A DNA stretch of 62,595 bases from Gammaproteobacteria bacterium (GCA_002401725.1 NVTW01000009.1:32258-94852), one strand, 5' to 3'. Shown: positions 1 through 10,528, counted from the first letter of the stretch. Translations and numbers: made by a program. Notes: generated by a model from the letters alone, not told the origin.

Positions 1-204
1 GTAGAGCAAGTAGTTGAAAAAGTAAAAAATGGTGAAGTGGCTTTAGATCCACAAGCAATATCGGTTGCGCTTAATAACACTCATAGTGATTTAAGCATGC
101 AAACCTTAACTATAATTTCCTACCTTATTTTAGCTATTTGGTTGTTTGCTATTGTCGATTCTTATCGTTTAGCAAATAAATTAGCTAACGAAAAAATTAG
201 CTAA
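1..204 (+). CDS. 3' end of an upstream gene (C-terminal membrane-anchored fragment, unknown product)
   Basis: Frame 1 is open from the window edge to TAA at 202-204 (…ISYLILAIWLFAIVDSYRLANKLANEKIS*). It contains a hydrophobic helix. The start lies outside the window. Confidence 0.35.
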   Translation, partial: VEQVVEKVKNGEVALDPQAISVALNNTHSDLSMQTLTIISYLILAIWLFAIVDSYRLANKLANEKIS

Positions 205-400
205 TAATTCTCCAGTATTTAATAGCTCAATAAAAACTGAAAAAAACTTACCTTTTTACTGTTTTTTCATCTTTCGGGGTTAATTATTAAGCCATTCTGA
301 GCTATGCTTGCGCTTTATTCTTCTGGCATTTTATAACTAACTTAACATTGGTGTATTAGTTAGTAAAAATACCGCTTTTTTGATTAAGGTGATTTGCGTC

Positions 401-1591
401 ATGTTTGGTAATTTACAGGCTCAGCCTGCCGATCCTATTTTAGGGTTACTGGCTAAATACAAAGAAGATACCAGTGTACAAAAAATAGATTTAGGTGTTG
501 GTGTTTATAAAAATGAAGCGGGTCATACTGCAATTTTAGATTGTGTTAAAAAAGCCGAAAAATTCCGATTAGATAAAGAAGACACTAAAGTGTATCTTGG
601 TCCGACTGGCTCTGAATTATTCAACAAAAAAGCAACTGAATTAATTTTCACTGCAGAACATCAAGTGCTAACCAATAATCGTGTGCGCACTGTTTCAACG
701 CCGGGTGGTACAGGGGCATTACGCGTGGCTGCTGAATTTATTACATCATGTAAAGCTAATACCACTATTTGGGTAAGTGATCCAACGTGGGCAAATCACA
801 CTGGTTTATTTAAGGCGGCAGGTTTAACCGTTAAAACTTACCCATATTACGATTATGAAAACAAAAGCTTAGACTTTGATGGCATGCTTAATGCGCTTAA
901 AGAAGTCGCGAGTGACGATATTGTGTTATTTCACGCTTGTTGCCATAACCCCAGCGGCATGGATTTAAATAATGAGCAATGGCAACAAGTATGCGATGTT
1001 GCAAAAACCGTTGGTTTTACACCCTTAATTGATATGGCCTATCAAGGTTTTGGGCAAGGACTTGATGAAGATGCTTACGGCTTACGTTTAATGGCTGATA
1101 GCGTTAACGAAATGATTGTTTGTAGTTCTTGTTCAAAAAACTTTGGTTTATACCGCGAACGTATTGGTGCTTGTTCAATTATTGCCGAAACTAGCTTATC
1201 TGCTGATATTGCTTTTTCAGTATTACTAAGCGATATACGTTGTATTTATTCAATGCCACCAGCACATGGTGCAGCAATTGTTGAAACCATTTTAGATTCA
1301 ACAGAGTTAACCGCACAATGGCATGTTGAATTAAAAGAAATGCGCGACCGTATAAACGGCAATCGCCAGTTAATCGTAGATAAATTAATTGAAAATGGTG
1401 TAACTCGCGACTTTAGCTTTATTACCCGTCAAAGTGGTATGTTCTCTTTCTTAGGTATTACCCCAGAGCAAGTGCAACGCTTACAAGATGAATTCAGTAT
1501 TTATATGGTCGGTTCAAGCCGCATGAGTATTGCCGGCATTGCTAATTCAAATGTTGATTATTTAGCAAAATCAATCGCTAAAGTACTGTAA
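401..1591 (+). CDS. aspartate/aromatic amino-acid aminotransferase (class I, AspC/TyrB family)
   Basis: MFGNLQAQPADPILGL matches the AspC/TyrB N-terminus (MFENI..APADPILGL). The SCSKNFGLYRERIG PLP-lysine motif is present. ATG 401 is preferred over the TTG at 380 given in the track. Confidence 0.9.
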   Translation: MFGNLQAQPADPILGLLAKYKEDTSVQKIDLGVGVYKNEAGHTAILDCVKKAEKFRLDKEDTKVYLGPTGSELFNKKATELIFTAEHQVLTNNRVRTVSTPGGTGALRVAAEFITSCKANTTIWVSDPTWANHTGLFKAAGLTVKTYPYYDYENKSLDFDGMLNALKEVASDDIVLFHACCHNPSGMDLNNEQWQQVCDVAKTVGFTPLIDMAYQGFGQGLDEDAYGLRLMADSVNEMIVCSSCSKNFGLYRERIGACSIIAETSLSADIAFSVLLSDIRCIYSMPPAHGAAIVETILDSTELTAQWHVELKEMRDRINGNRQLIVDKLIENGVTRDFSFITRQSGMFSFLGITPEQVQRLQDEFSIYMVGSSRMSIAGIANSNVDYLAKSIAKVL

Positions 1592-1622
1592 TTAAAAACT
1601 AAAAATAATTTATTGGCTTTTG

Positions 1623-1650
1623 AGAAGGGATCCTTACGGATCTCTTTTTC
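1623..1650 (+). terminator. rho-independent terminator after the aminotransferase gene
   Basis: GAAGGGATCC-TTAC-GGATCTCTTT stem-loop followed by a T-rich tail. Confidence 0.5.
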
Positions 1651-1722
1651 GTTTTATTTTAGGCAGATTGCTATCTCTCAACTACAATTTGATCACTATT
1701 AAGCAAATAACAAAACATAATT

Positions 1723-1938
1723 ATGTCTGAGCATCACACCTATAAAAAAATTGAAATGGTTGGTTCATCAACAGAAAGTATTGAAGATGCCATAGATAAT
1801 GCCTTGTCAGAATGCAACAAAAGTATTGATAACATGGATTGGTTTGAAGTGGTTGAAACACGCGGACATATTGTCAATGGTGCCGTAGGTCATTTTCAAG
1901 TCACCCTGAAAATTGGCTTTAGAATTGAAAGCAGTTAA
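1723..1938 (+). CDS. dodecin-family flavin-binding protein
   Basis: 71 aa. YKKIEMVGSS…EDAI…A…W.EV.E.RG.I…FQVTLKIGF is the typical dodecin pattern. Confidence 0.7.
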   Translation: MSEHHTYKKIEMVGSSTESIEDAIDNALSECNKSIDNMDWFEVVETRGHIVNGAVGHFQVTLKIGFRIESS

Positions 1939-2019
1939 AAAATAGTTAACTAGGCTATTTTGTCAAAAGTTATCTTTGTTATAATACGTTAATTATTTAA
2001 ACGAACAAAAGAGTAAATT

Positions 2020-2658
2020 TTGGTTCAAGGCAATTTATTTATATTATCTGCGCCAAGCGGGGCAGGTAAATCAAGTTTAATAAATGCATTATTAAGTGCA
2101 GACAATAAACAACAAGTTAAGCGCACTATGCAGGTGTCAATTTCGCACACCACGCGTGCACCTCGCTCTGGGGAAGTTAATGGCCAACATTATCATTTTG
2201 TCGATGTTGAACAATTTAAAAAACTAATCAACGACAATGCTTTTTATGAATATGCGCAAGTATTCGAGAACTATTATGGCACTTCAGAAGCGGCTATTGA
2301 TCAACAATTAGCCCAAGGTATCGATGTTTTTTTAGATATCGACTGGCAAGGTGCGCAACAAGTTCGCATCCGTAAGCCTGAAGTGACAACAATTTTTATT
2401 GCTCCACCATCACGCGATGAATTAGCAAATCGTTTACGTGATCGAGGTCAAGACAGTGAAGAAATTATTGCTACGCGCATGGCGCAAGCTCAGTCAGAAT
2501 GTTCGCACTACCACGAATTTGACTACATCATAGTAAACGATGATTTTAACCAAGCTTTAGACGATTTAAATACTATTGTGGTTAATCAAACACTAAAAAC
2601 AGCACAACAAACACAAAAACATCAGAGTTTATTTACTGAGCTATTGGCTAACAAGTAA
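2020..2658 (+). CDS. gmk: guanylate kinase
   Basis: [21 protein letters not shown]-loop resembles E. coli Gmk ([20 protein letters not shown]). TTG start. gmk-rpoZ-spoT synteny. Confidence 0.95.
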   Translation: MVQGNLFILSAPSGAGKSSLINALLSADNKQQVKRTMQVSISHTTRAPRSGEVNGQHYHFVDVEQFKKLINDNAFYEYAQVFENYYGTSEAAIDQQLAQGIDVFLDIDWQGAQQVRIRKPEVTTIFIAPPSRDELANRLRDRGQDSEEIIATRMAQAQSECSHYHEFDYIIVNDDFNQALDDLNTIVVNQTLKTAQQTQKHQSLFTELLANK

Positions 2659-2714
2659 CTTTTGCGTATAATACAGGGCTATTTTATGAATTTTGTATGT
2701 GTTGGAGTGGCTTA

Positions 2715-2999
2715 ATGGCTCGTGTAACAGTTGAAGATGCAGTAGAAAAAGTTGGCAATCGTTTTGATTTGGTATTAATTGCATCTCGTCGTGCCCGTCA
2801 AATCGCTACCGGCGGTAAAGACCCTTTGGTGGACGCTGAAAATGATAAACCAACCGTAATAGCCTTAAGAGAAATTGAAGCTGGTTTAATTACCACTGAA
2901 ATTATGGATAACAGCGATCATCACGAACGTGTTCATCAAGAATCAGCCGAACTTGCTGCTGTTGCTGCCATTGTTGGTGGGCAACCTGAAGCAATGTAA
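2715..2999 (+). CDS. rpoZ: DNA-directed RNA polymerase subunit omega
   Basis: [29 protein letters not shown] is the canonical RpoZ N-terminus. The internal ATG at 2715 is chosen. Confidence 0.95.
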   Translation: MARVTVEDAVEKVGNRFDLVLIASRRARQIATGGKDPLVDAENDKPTVIALREIEAGLITTEIMDNSDHHERVHQESAELAAVAAIVGGQPEAM

Positions 3000-3053
3000 C
3001 TACTCAAATTGATTGTATAAAATACAATTACTTTAATAGTTAAGATAAAAACA

Positions 3054-3090
3054 TGAAAAAACGCATAACTTAATGGTTATGCGTTTTTTT
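3054..3090. terminator. bidirectional-looking intrinsic terminator/attenuator between rpoZ and spoT
   Basis: A-run, ACGCATAAC-ttaatg-GTTATGCGT 9-bp stem, then a T7 run. Confidence 0.5.
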
Positions 3091-3170
3091 ATGACTGTTT
3101 TTTATTGTTTGTGTTGGTATACTCAAAGCAGTGTTTGTCAGCTTTATTTCCTCATTTTCCGGAGTATTCG

Positions 3171-5291
3171 GTGTATCTTTTTGAACCACTAAAAGAATTT
3201 GTTTCAACTTATCTGTCAAAAGTACAAGTTGATTTATTAAAACAAGCTTACCTTGTTGCCCGCGAAGCACACGATGGACAAATGCGATCAAGCGGTGAAC
3301 CCTATATTACTCATCCTGTTGCAGTAGCACACAATCTTGCCAAAATGCACCTTGATCACGAAACCTTAATGGCGGCATTACTGCACGACGTTATTGAAGA
3401 TACTGAAGTAAGCAAAGAAGATTTGGCTAAACTATTTGGCAATACCGTCGCTGAATTGGTTGAAGGGGTAAGTAAACTAGACAAACTAAAATTTAATAAC
3501 AAGGAAGAAATGCAAGCTGAAAACTTCCGCAAAATGTTATTAGCTATGGTGCAAGACATCCGCGTTATTTTGATAAAACTCGCAGATAGAACCCATAACA
3601 TGCGCACTTTAGAGTCGCTTCGTCCTGATAAACGCCGCCGTATAGCGCGAGAAACGCTTGAAATTTATGCTCCCATAGCCAATCGTTTAGGTATTCACGA
3701 CATCAAAAATGAGCTTGAAGTTTTAGGCTTTGAAGCTTTATATCCAATGCGTTCTCGTGCTTTAAAATCAGCGATAAAACAAGCACGCGGTAATCGTAAA
3801 GAAATTATCAATAACATTATGGATGAAGTGCAAACCCGCCTTACTGAAACCGGCATTGACGCACAAGTTATTGGTCGTGAAAAACATTTATATTCTATAT
3901 ATCGCAAAATGTTAAACAAAGAATTAATGTTTAATGAAGTCATGGATATTTATGCCTTTCGAGTCATTGTTAAAGACAAAATTGATGATTGCTATCGCGC
4001 ACTCGGTGCGGTACATAATTTATTTAAGCCAATTGAAACTCGTTTTAAAGACTATATTGCTATTCCCAAAACCAATGGTTATCAGTCGTTACATACCTCA
4101 TTAATTGGCCCGCATGGTATTCCGGTAGAAATTCAAATTCGTACCCAAGACATGGATCAAATGGCCGACAAAGGTGTTGCCGCTCATTGGCTTTACAAAC
4201 AAGACGGTTCAAATACCGGCACCACCGCACAAATGAAAGCGCGCCGCTGGATGCAGAGCTTATTAGAATTACAACAAAGTGCCGGCAGTTCATTTGAATT
4301 TATTGAAAATGTAAAATCTGATTTATTCCCCGAAGAAATTTATGTATTTACTCCCGATGGACGCATTATTGAATTGCCCATGGGAGCTACAGCGGTTGAT
4401 TTTGCTTATGCAGTGCATACTGATGTCGGTAACTCTTGTGTTGGCGTAAAGGTTGATCGTAAGCCTTATCCCTTTAGCCAACCGCTTGATTCTGGTCAAA
4501 CGGTTGAAGTGATCACTTCACCTTCTGCTCGCCCTAATGCAACGTGGTTAAATTTTGTGGTAACCGCGAAAGCTCGTTTGCAAATACGAACTTATTTACG
4601 CTCACGCGAAAAAACTGAATCACACGCACTGGGTTTACGTTTATTAAGCCATGCGTTAGGGGCAACAAAATTAGAAGATATTGAGCAAGAAAAAATAGAT
4701 CAAGTTATTAGTGAAACCGGTAATAACAGCTTTGATGAATTATTGATTAATATTGGTTTAGGTAATGCTTTAAGCATAGGAATAGCGCGACGTTTAACCG
4801 GTGAATTTACTGATGATAAAACATTAGATGATGAAACTGATGACGATAGCAGTAAAGTAAAAATGCCCATAAAAGGCACCGAAGGCATGATGGTAAGTTA
4901 CGGTAAATGTTGTCGTCCAATTCCTGGTGATTCCATTGTTGCCTATTTGAGCCCAGGCAAAGGCTTGATGGTACATCAGCAAGGTTGTCGTAATATTAAA
5001 GGCCATGAGTCAGGCAAATTATTTCCGGTAAAATGGGATAAAGATATAGATCGCGAATTTATTGCCCGTTTACGTATTGTTATTATTAATCATCAGGGTG
5101 CTTTAGCTAAACTAACCAATGTAATAGCGCACTGTGAATCGAATGTACAGTCTTTAAATTCTGAAGAAAAAGACGCTAGTTTATATATCATCAATCTTGA
5201 AATAACTTGTCGAGATCGTATTCACCTTGCTGATATTATTCGAAAAATAAAAGTAATTATTGATGTGCAAAAAATAGTGCGCATTAAATAA
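3171..5291 (+). CDS. spoT: bifunctional (p)ppGpp synthetase/hydrolase SpoT
   Basis: (V)YLFEPLKEFVSTYL…AYLVAREAHDGQMRSSGEPYITHPVAVA parallels the E. coli SpoT N-terminus. HD, RelA/SpoT, TGS and ACT regions are recognisable. GTG 3171 has a GGAG 7 nt upstream. Confidence 0.92.
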   Translation: MYLFEPLKEFVSTYLSKVQVDLLKQAYLVAREAHDGQMRSSGEPYITHPVAVAHNLAKMHLDHETLMAALLHDVIEDTEVSKEDLAKLFGNTVAELVEGVSKLDKLKFNNKEEMQAENFRKMLLAMVQDIRVILIKLADRTHNMRTLESLRPDKRRRIARETLEIYAPIANRLGIHDIKNELEVLGFEALYPMRSRALKSAIKQARGNRKEIINNIMDEVQTRLTETGIDAQVIGREKHLYSIYRKMLNKELMFNEVMDIYAFRVIVKDKIDDCYRALGAVHNLFKPIETRFKDYIAIPKTNGYQSLHTSLIGPHGIPVEIQIRTQDMDQMADKGVAAHWLYKQDGSNTGTTAQMKARRWMQSLLELQQSAGSSFEFIENVKSDLFPEEIYVFTPDGRIIELPMGATAVDFAYAVHTDVGNSCVGVKVDRKPYPFSQPLDSGQTVEVITSPSARPNATWLNFVVTAKARLQIRTYLRSREKTESHALGLRLLSHALGATKLEDIEQEKIDQVISETGNNSFDELLINIGLGNALSIGIARRLTGEFTDDKTLDDETDDDSSKVKMPIKGTEGMMVSYGKCCRPIPGDSIVAYLSPGKGLMVHQQGCRNIKGHESGKLFPVKWDKDIDREFIARLRIVIINHQGALAKLTNVIAHCESNVQSLNSEEKDASLYIINLEITCRDRIHLADIIRKIKVIIDVQKIVRIK

Positions 5292-5294
5292 AAA

Positions 5295-5434
5295 CATGCC
5301 TATGCACTTGGCTCAGGATCGTCATTCTCGCAGTCTTTTAAGCGAGAATCTAGCTCAAAAAGCATGAGTTCTTCGATAAAAACGTCTCGAAGATGACGAA
5401 TATAATAAATACCTGAGTGATCTGCATAGGCATG
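5295..5434. repeat. ~140-nt imperfect palindrome in the spoT-ridA spacer
   Basis: CATGCCTATGCA (5295-5306) pairs perfectly with TGCATAGGCATG (5423-5434). Inner arms CTCAGG/CCTGAG and TCGTCAT/ATGACGA also pair. Confidence 0.6.
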
Positions 5435-5488
5435 AATAAAAATTAGTCATCCTATTATTTATTAACTATTTATAAGGAAATTATAAAA

Positions 5489-5878
5489 ATGAAATCTATC
5501 GTTAAAACCGAGCAAGCACCAAGCGCTATCGGCACTTATAGCCAAGCCGTAAAAGTTAACAGCACCGTTTATTTGTCAGGGCAAATACCGTTAGTGCCAG
5601 CAACAATGGAAATTGTTTCTACTGATTTTGCCGCACAAGCAGAACAAGTATTTAAAAATTTATCGGCCGTTTGCCAAGCTGCGGGGGGCGAAATTAACAA
5701 CATGGTAAAAGTAAATATTTTTATGACCGACTTAAACAACTTTGCCACCGTTAACGAAGTAATGAGTCGCTATTTTAACGAACCTTACCCAGCACGTGCA
5801 GCGATTGAAATATCAAAATTACCTAAAGGTGTTGATATTGAAATTGATGGTATAATGGAATTGCCGACCACTAATTAA
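5489..5878 (+). CDS. ridA: RidA/YjgF-family enamine/imine deaminase
   Basis: TEQAPSAIGTYSQAV…YLSGQIPL…PARAAIEISKLPKG is the typical RidA signature. Confidence 0.88.
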   Translation: MKSIVKTEQAPSAIGTYSQAVKVNSTVYLSGQIPLVPATMEIVSTDFAAQAEQVFKNLSAVCQAAGGEINNMVKVNIFMTDLNNFATVNEVMSRYFNEPYPARAAIEISKLPKGVDIEIDGIMELPTTN

Positions 5879-5951
5879 TTTTTAGCCTAAACACCCAGAT
5901 TATTGTCGGACTAAATTCCGACTAACGAATTCGTATAAACAAAGAAAACTT

Positions 5952-6659
5952 ATGACCCCAGATAGACTACAACGTATTAATAATATGCTTGATATGCGCC
6001 AACCAGAACTTACTGTATGTATGGAAGGCGTTCATAAAACTCATAACTTAGCCGCGGTGGTGCGTTCGTGTGATGCGGTTGGTGTAAGTGATGTGCATGT
6101 AGTGTGGAAAAATGAAGAAATGGAAGTACGCGGTGGCAGTGCTGCGGGTAGTCAAAATTGGATCAAAGTTCATAATTACAATAAAACGGCTGATGCTATC
6201 GCGGAATTAAAACGCCAAAATATGCAAGTGTTAGTGACTAATTTATCGAACACCGCGGTAGATTTTCGTGACATTGATTACACTAAACCTACCGCTATTA
6301 TTTTAGGACAAGAAAAGTTTGGTGCCTCAGAAGTTGCACTAGAGTTAGCCGATCAAGACATTATTATTCCTATGGTGGGTATGGTGCAATCACTTAATGT
6401 TTCTGTCGCTTGTTCAGTAACCTTGTATGAAGCACAACGCCAACGGCAATTAGCCGGTTTATACGAAACAGCGCGCATTGATCAAGCGCGCCGCCAGCAA
6501 GTATTGTTTGAAGGCGGCCATCCTATTTTTGCCGAAGCTTGCTTACGCAAAGGTTTACCTTTTCCGCACATTGATGAAGACGGACAAATTGTTGCCAGTG
6601 AACAATGGTGGCAAAAAATGCAAATGGATAAGTCAGCGTGGCAACATTTAGATGATTAA
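5952..6659 (+). CDS. trmH: tRNA (guanosine-2'-O)-methyltransferase TrmH (SpoU)
   Basis: SpoU motifs are present (HNLAAVVRSCDAVGV; IILGQEKFGAS; IPMVGMVQSLNVSVA). It holds the spoT-trmH-recG operon position as in E. coli. Confidence 0.85.
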   Translation: MTPDRLQRINNMLDMRQPELTVCMEGVHKTHNLAAVVRSCDAVGVSDVHVVWKNEEMEVRGGSAAGSQNWIKVHNYNKTADAIAELKRQNMQVLVTNLSNTAVDFRDIDYTKPTAIILGQEKFGASEVALELADQDIIIPMVGMVQSLNVSVACSVTLYEAQRQRQLAGLYETARIDQARRQQVLFEGGHPIFAEACLRKGLPFPHIDEDGQIVASEQWWQKMQMDKSAWQHLDD

Positions 6660-6661
6660 TC

Positions 6662-6786
6662 TTTACTCTTCATTCTTGAAATCTCAGCGTTATTGTCTTC
6701 ATTTTTCATCACAATCACTTAGTAAGCTAAGCTCACGTGACTCAGAACTTGACGGCTTAGCTGAGATCTCAATTATGTTGAGTAAA
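6662..6786. repeat. ~125-nt imperfect palindrome in the trmH-recG spacer
   Basis: TTTACTC (6662-6668) pairs with GAGTAAA (6780-6786). GAAATCTCAGC (6678-6688) pairs with GCTGAGATCTC (6760-6770). Confidence 0.5.
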
Positions 6787-6803
6787 CTACTGCGTAATTT
6801 TTG

Positions 6804-8939
6804 ATGAATAACCATTTACAACAGCCCACTAAACTAACCGACAAGCTTGATAATCTCGCTAAAACTCCCTTATCAGCACTTAAAGGTGTTGGCCCAAGTA
6901 TAGTCACTAAGCTTGAAAAAATAGGCTTATTATCGCTTGCCGATTTACTCTTTCATTTGCCGCTTCGTTATGAAGATAGAACGCGCGTTACCAGAATACG
7001 CGATTTAATGGCGGGTATTTCAACGAATATTATTGGCGAGGTAGTAAATAGCCAAATAGTTAATGGTAAACGCCGGATGTTAGTGGTAACACTCAATGAT
7101 GGTAGCGGTACTATTAATTTGCGATTTTTTCATTTTAGCGCCAGCCAAAAAAACAGCCTTGCTCTCGGCACAGAAATTCGTTGTTATGGTGAAATTAATC
7201 ACGGCGCGCGTGGTTTTGAAATTGTTCATCCTGAATATAAACGCCTAGATCAAGACCAAGCCATCACCCCTGTTGAAGAAACCCTCACCCCTGTTTACCC
7301 TACTACCGATGGTTTACGACAAATAACGCTACGTAATTTATCGGAACAAGCATTAAAGCGCTTAAACAATATTGAAGTCGAAGAATTATTACCACCTGAA
7401 TTTTGTCCTCACGGTTTAACGTTAACGCAAGCCCTTAAAATAGTGCATCGACCGCCGCCCGATGTTTCTATTAACTTATTAGAATTAGGTCGCCATCCAG
7501 CACAACTACGTTTAATAAAAGAAGAATTACTTGCACATAATCTAAGTATGTTAAAACTCCGCCAAAGTAGCGATGTTCATCCTGCGCGTTCTTTGGTTAT
7601 TGATAAAAAGCTTGATGAAAAATTTTTAGCTGGCTTGCCTTTTTCACCGACTAATGCCCAACAACGCGTAGTAAATGACATTCGCCTAGATCTTGCTAAA
7701 AGCCAACCAATGATGCGTTTGGTGCAAGGCGATGTTGGTTCAGGTAAAACATTAGTCGCCGCACTTACAGCATTAACTGCTATTAGCCAAGGTTTTCAGG
7801 TAGCGTTGATGGCACCAACAGAAATATTAGCAGAACAACATGCACTTAATTTTGCTCACTGGTTTGAACCACTAGGCATAAAAACCGGTTGGTTAGCCGG
7901 AAAAACTAAAGCCAAAGCACGCCGAGAAGCCTTAGCAACAATTGCCAGCGGCGAAATGCAAATGGTACTTGGCACCCATGCACTATTCCAAGAGCAAGTT
8001 AAATTTCATAATCTACAATTAATTATTATTGACGAACAGCATAGATTTGGCGTACACCAACGGTTATCGTTACGCGAAAAAGGCTCGCTCGACGGATATT
8101 ATCCTCATCAACTGATCATGACAGCAACACCTATTCCACGAACATTAGCGATGACCGCTTATGCCGATTTAGACACTTCAATTATTGACGAATTACCGCC
8201 AGGACGTACGCCAATAACCACCGTAGCGATCAGTGATAACCGCCGTGATGATGTGATCGAAAGAATTCGCCAAGCCTGCTCTAGCCCAGTTAAAGATGGA
8301 AAAAAGCGTCAAGCTTATTGGGTATGTACCTTAATTGAAGAATCTGAAGTGCTTGAATGCCAAGCTGCCGAAGATACCGCCACTTATTTGCAAGCGCAAT
8401 TAACCGAGTTAGTCATTGGATTAGTGCATGGCAGAATGAAAGCGGCAGAAAAACAAGCGGTGATGGATCGTTTTAAACAGGGTGAAGTTGATTTGTTAGT
8501 GGCAACTACAGTTATAGAAGTAGGCGTTGATGTGCCCAATGCCAGCTTAATGATAATAGAAAACCCCGAACGTTTAGGCTTAGCACAGCTACATCAACTC
8601 CGTGGTCGAGTTGGGCGCGGCGCGGTAGCCTCACATTGTGTACTAATGTATAAAAGTCCGTTATCAAAAACTGCCACTAAACGCATTAATGTGTTGCGCG
8701 AAAGTAATGACGGCTTTTATATCGCGCAAAAAGATCTAGAAATTCGCGGTCCCGGTGAAGTACTAGGCACCAAACAAACCGGCTTAGCGAATTTAAAAAT
8801 TGCTGATTTAGCACGAGATGCTGAACTTATTCCTGAAGTGCAAGAACATGCTTATTTGTTGATCAAACAATATCCGCAACATAGCCAAGCCATTATAGAT
8901 CGTTGGTTAATAAATAAAGAAAAATACGCAAACGCATAA
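6804..8939 (+). CDS. recG: ATP-dependent DNA helicase RecG
   Basis: LLFHLPLRYEDRT wedge motif, GDVGSGKT Walker A, DEQHRFG box, QLHQLRGRVGRG motif. Confidence 0.95.
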   Translation: MNNHLQQPTKLTDKLDNLAKTPLSALKGVGPSIVTKLEKIGLLSLADLLFHLPLRYEDRTRVTRIRDLMAGISTNIIGEVVNSQIVNGKRRMLVVTLNDGSGTINLRFFHFSASQKNSLALGTEIRCYGEINHGARGFEIVHPEYKRLDQDQAITPVEETLTPVYPTTDGLRQITLRNLSEQALKRLNNIEVEELLPPEFCPHGLTLTQALKIVHRPPPDVSINLLELGRHPAQLRLIKEELLAHNLSMLKLRQSSDVHPARSLVIDKKLDEKFLAGLPFSPTNAQQRVVNDIRLDLAKSQPMMRLVQGDVGSGKTLVAALTALTAISQGFQVALMAPTEILAEQHALNFAHWFEPLGIKTGWLAGKTKAKARREALATIASGEMQMVLGTHALFQEQVKFHNLQLIIIDEQHRFGVHQRLSLREKGSLDGYYPHQLIMTATPIPRTLAMTAYADLDTSIIDELPPGRTPITTVAISDNRRDDVIERIRQACSSPVKDGKKRQAYWVCTLIEESEVLECQAAEDTATYLQAQLTELVIGLVHGRMKAAEKQAVMDRFKQGEVDLLVATTVIEVGVDVPNASLMIIENPERLGLAQLHQLRGRVGRGAVASHCVLMYKSPLSKTATKRINVLRESNDGFYIAQKDLEIRGPGEVLGTKQTGLANLKIADLARDAELIPEVQEHAYLLIKQYPQHSQAIIDRWLINKEKYANA

Positions 8940-9044
8940 TATTCAATTTTAATGATCTAATTTTCAAAAAAATCTTTATCTTATTTGTTGAAATACTCTG
9001 CTTGCAGTAAACTATCGACAATTTAAACATTCAGTGAAATAAAG

Positions 9045-9833
9045 ATGTCTATGTCACCTCAACTTCCAGAAGATAGTAAATCAAAAAACCAAGGCAGCTC
9101 TACCCACTTTGGTTTTAAAACTGTCAATAAAACTGATAAGGCCTCGATGGTTGCCGATGTTTTTCATTCGGTTGCTAAGCAATATGACATCATGAATGAC
9201 TTAATGTCTTTTGGTGTTCATCGTTTATGGAAGCGTTTTACTATTGACGCAAGTGGCGTGCGCCCTGGCAATAAAGTGTTAGATTTAGCTGGCGGCACCG
9301 GTGATTTAACCGCTAAATTTTCGAAATTAGTTGGTAAAGAAGGCAAGGTGGTTTTGGCTGACATTAATAGCTCAATGCTGAATGTCGGTCGCGATAAATT
9401 ACGCGACAAAGGCTTAGTACAAAATATAGAATATGTACAAGCCAACGCTGAATATTTACCCTTTGACGACAACACTTTCGATATTATTACCATTGCTTTT
9501 GGTCTGCGTAATGTTACCGACAAAGACAAAGCCTTAGCCTCAATGTACCGTGTATTAAAACCCGGTGGTCGTTTATTGGTGTTAGAATTTTCTAAACCAG
9601 AGCATGAACTACTCAATAAAGCTTATGATTTTTATTCTTTCAATATTTTACCAAAAATAGGTGAACTAGTGGCTAAAGATGGTGAAAGCTATCAATATTT
9701 AGCGGAATCAATTCGTATGCATCCTGATCAAGAAACGCTCAAAGGCATGATGAATAATGCCGGCTTTGAACAAACCAGTTATCACAACTTAACCGGCGGC
9801 GTAGTTGCTTTACATAAAGGTTATAAATTTTAA
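9045..9833 (+). CDS. ubiE: ubiquinone/menaquinone C-methyltransferase UbiE
   Basis: THFGFKTV…[30 protein letters not shown] closely parallels E. coli UbiE. SAM motif [10 protein letters not shown]. Confidence 0.95.
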   Translation: MSMSPQLPEDSKSKNQGSSTHFGFKTVNKTDKASMVADVFHSVAKQYDIMNDLMSFGVHRLWKRFTIDASGVRPGNKVLDLAGGTGDLTAKFSKLVGKEGKVVLADINSSMLNVGRDKLRDKGLVQNIEYVQANAEYLPFDDNTFDIITIAFGLRNVTDKDKALASMYRVLKPGGRLLVLEFSKPEHELLNKAYDFYSFNILPKIGELVAKDGESYQYLAESIRMHPDQETLKGMMNNAGFEQTSYHNLTGGVVALHKGYKF

Positions 9834-9838
9834 TTATT

Positions 9839-10525
9839 ATGAATGCTATTGTCAATAAAGCAGTCACCAAAATAAGTGACCAATTAATGTTTAAACAAGT
9901 GTTAGCAACGGCGCTTGAAAAAACAATCAATAAGGTATTAAGTCTTAATATTCATGATAATAGCGCTTTAACTGACTTGTCAGAGCAACGTTTAACAATG
10001 GTACTTTCAGAACTTGCTTTTCCCTTAACGCTTAGTGTTTACCAACAACAAATACTGGTCACCAGTACTGACGATAATTGCAATGAAAGCTCAATAAATG
10101 AATGCATCATTAAAACCAGTATTGGCACGTTAAAAGAACTACAACAAACCCAACAATTAACCGAGTTAATTAAACAAGACAAGCTCGATATTTATGGCGA
10201 TATAAAAATAGCGCAACAATTTGCCAGCCTAGCGCAAACATTAGAAATTGATTGGCAAAGCGAATTAGCCAAACATATTGGCGATTTTGCTACTTATAAA
10301 TTAACCCGCGCAGGAAAAACCTTAGCGAAAAAATTTAGTTTTTTAAAAAAACAAGTGCAAGCCGATAGCAGCGAATATATAGTGCACGAACAAAAATTAG
10401 TAATCACTAAACATCAGCTTAATGAATTTAATCAAGCTGTTAGTCAAGTTAGTGAGCAAACAGATAAATTAGCACAACGTTTGGCGGCAATTAAAGCAGC
10501 ATCACTTAAAATAAATCAAGGATAA
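9839..10525 (+). CDS. ubiJ: ubiquinone biosynthesis accessory factor UbiJ (SCP2-domain, YigP-like)
   Basis: Called mainly from its position between ubiE and ubiB. Size and hydrophobic N-terminal domain are consistent with UbiJ. Confidence 0.65.
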   Translation: MNAIVNKAVTKISDQLMFKQVLATALEKTINKVLSLNIHDNSALTDLSEQRLTMVLSELAFPLTLSVYQQQILVTSTDDNCNESSINECIIKTSIGTLKELQQTQQLTELIKQDKLDIYGDIKIAQQFASLAQTLEIDWQSELAKHIGDFATYKLTRAGKTLAKKFSFLKKQVQADSSEYIVHEQKLVITKHQLNEFNQAVSQVSEQTDKLAQRLAAIKAASLKINQG

Positions 10526-10528
10526 TAC

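Noticed and set aside
3070-5006. Minus-strand track ORFs inside spoT (3070-3291, 3356-3607, 3695-3943, 4060-4293, 4700-4888, 4824-5006)
   Set aside because: They are antisense shadow ORFs within a well-supported conserved gene, have low-complexity translations, and lack ribosome-binding sites.
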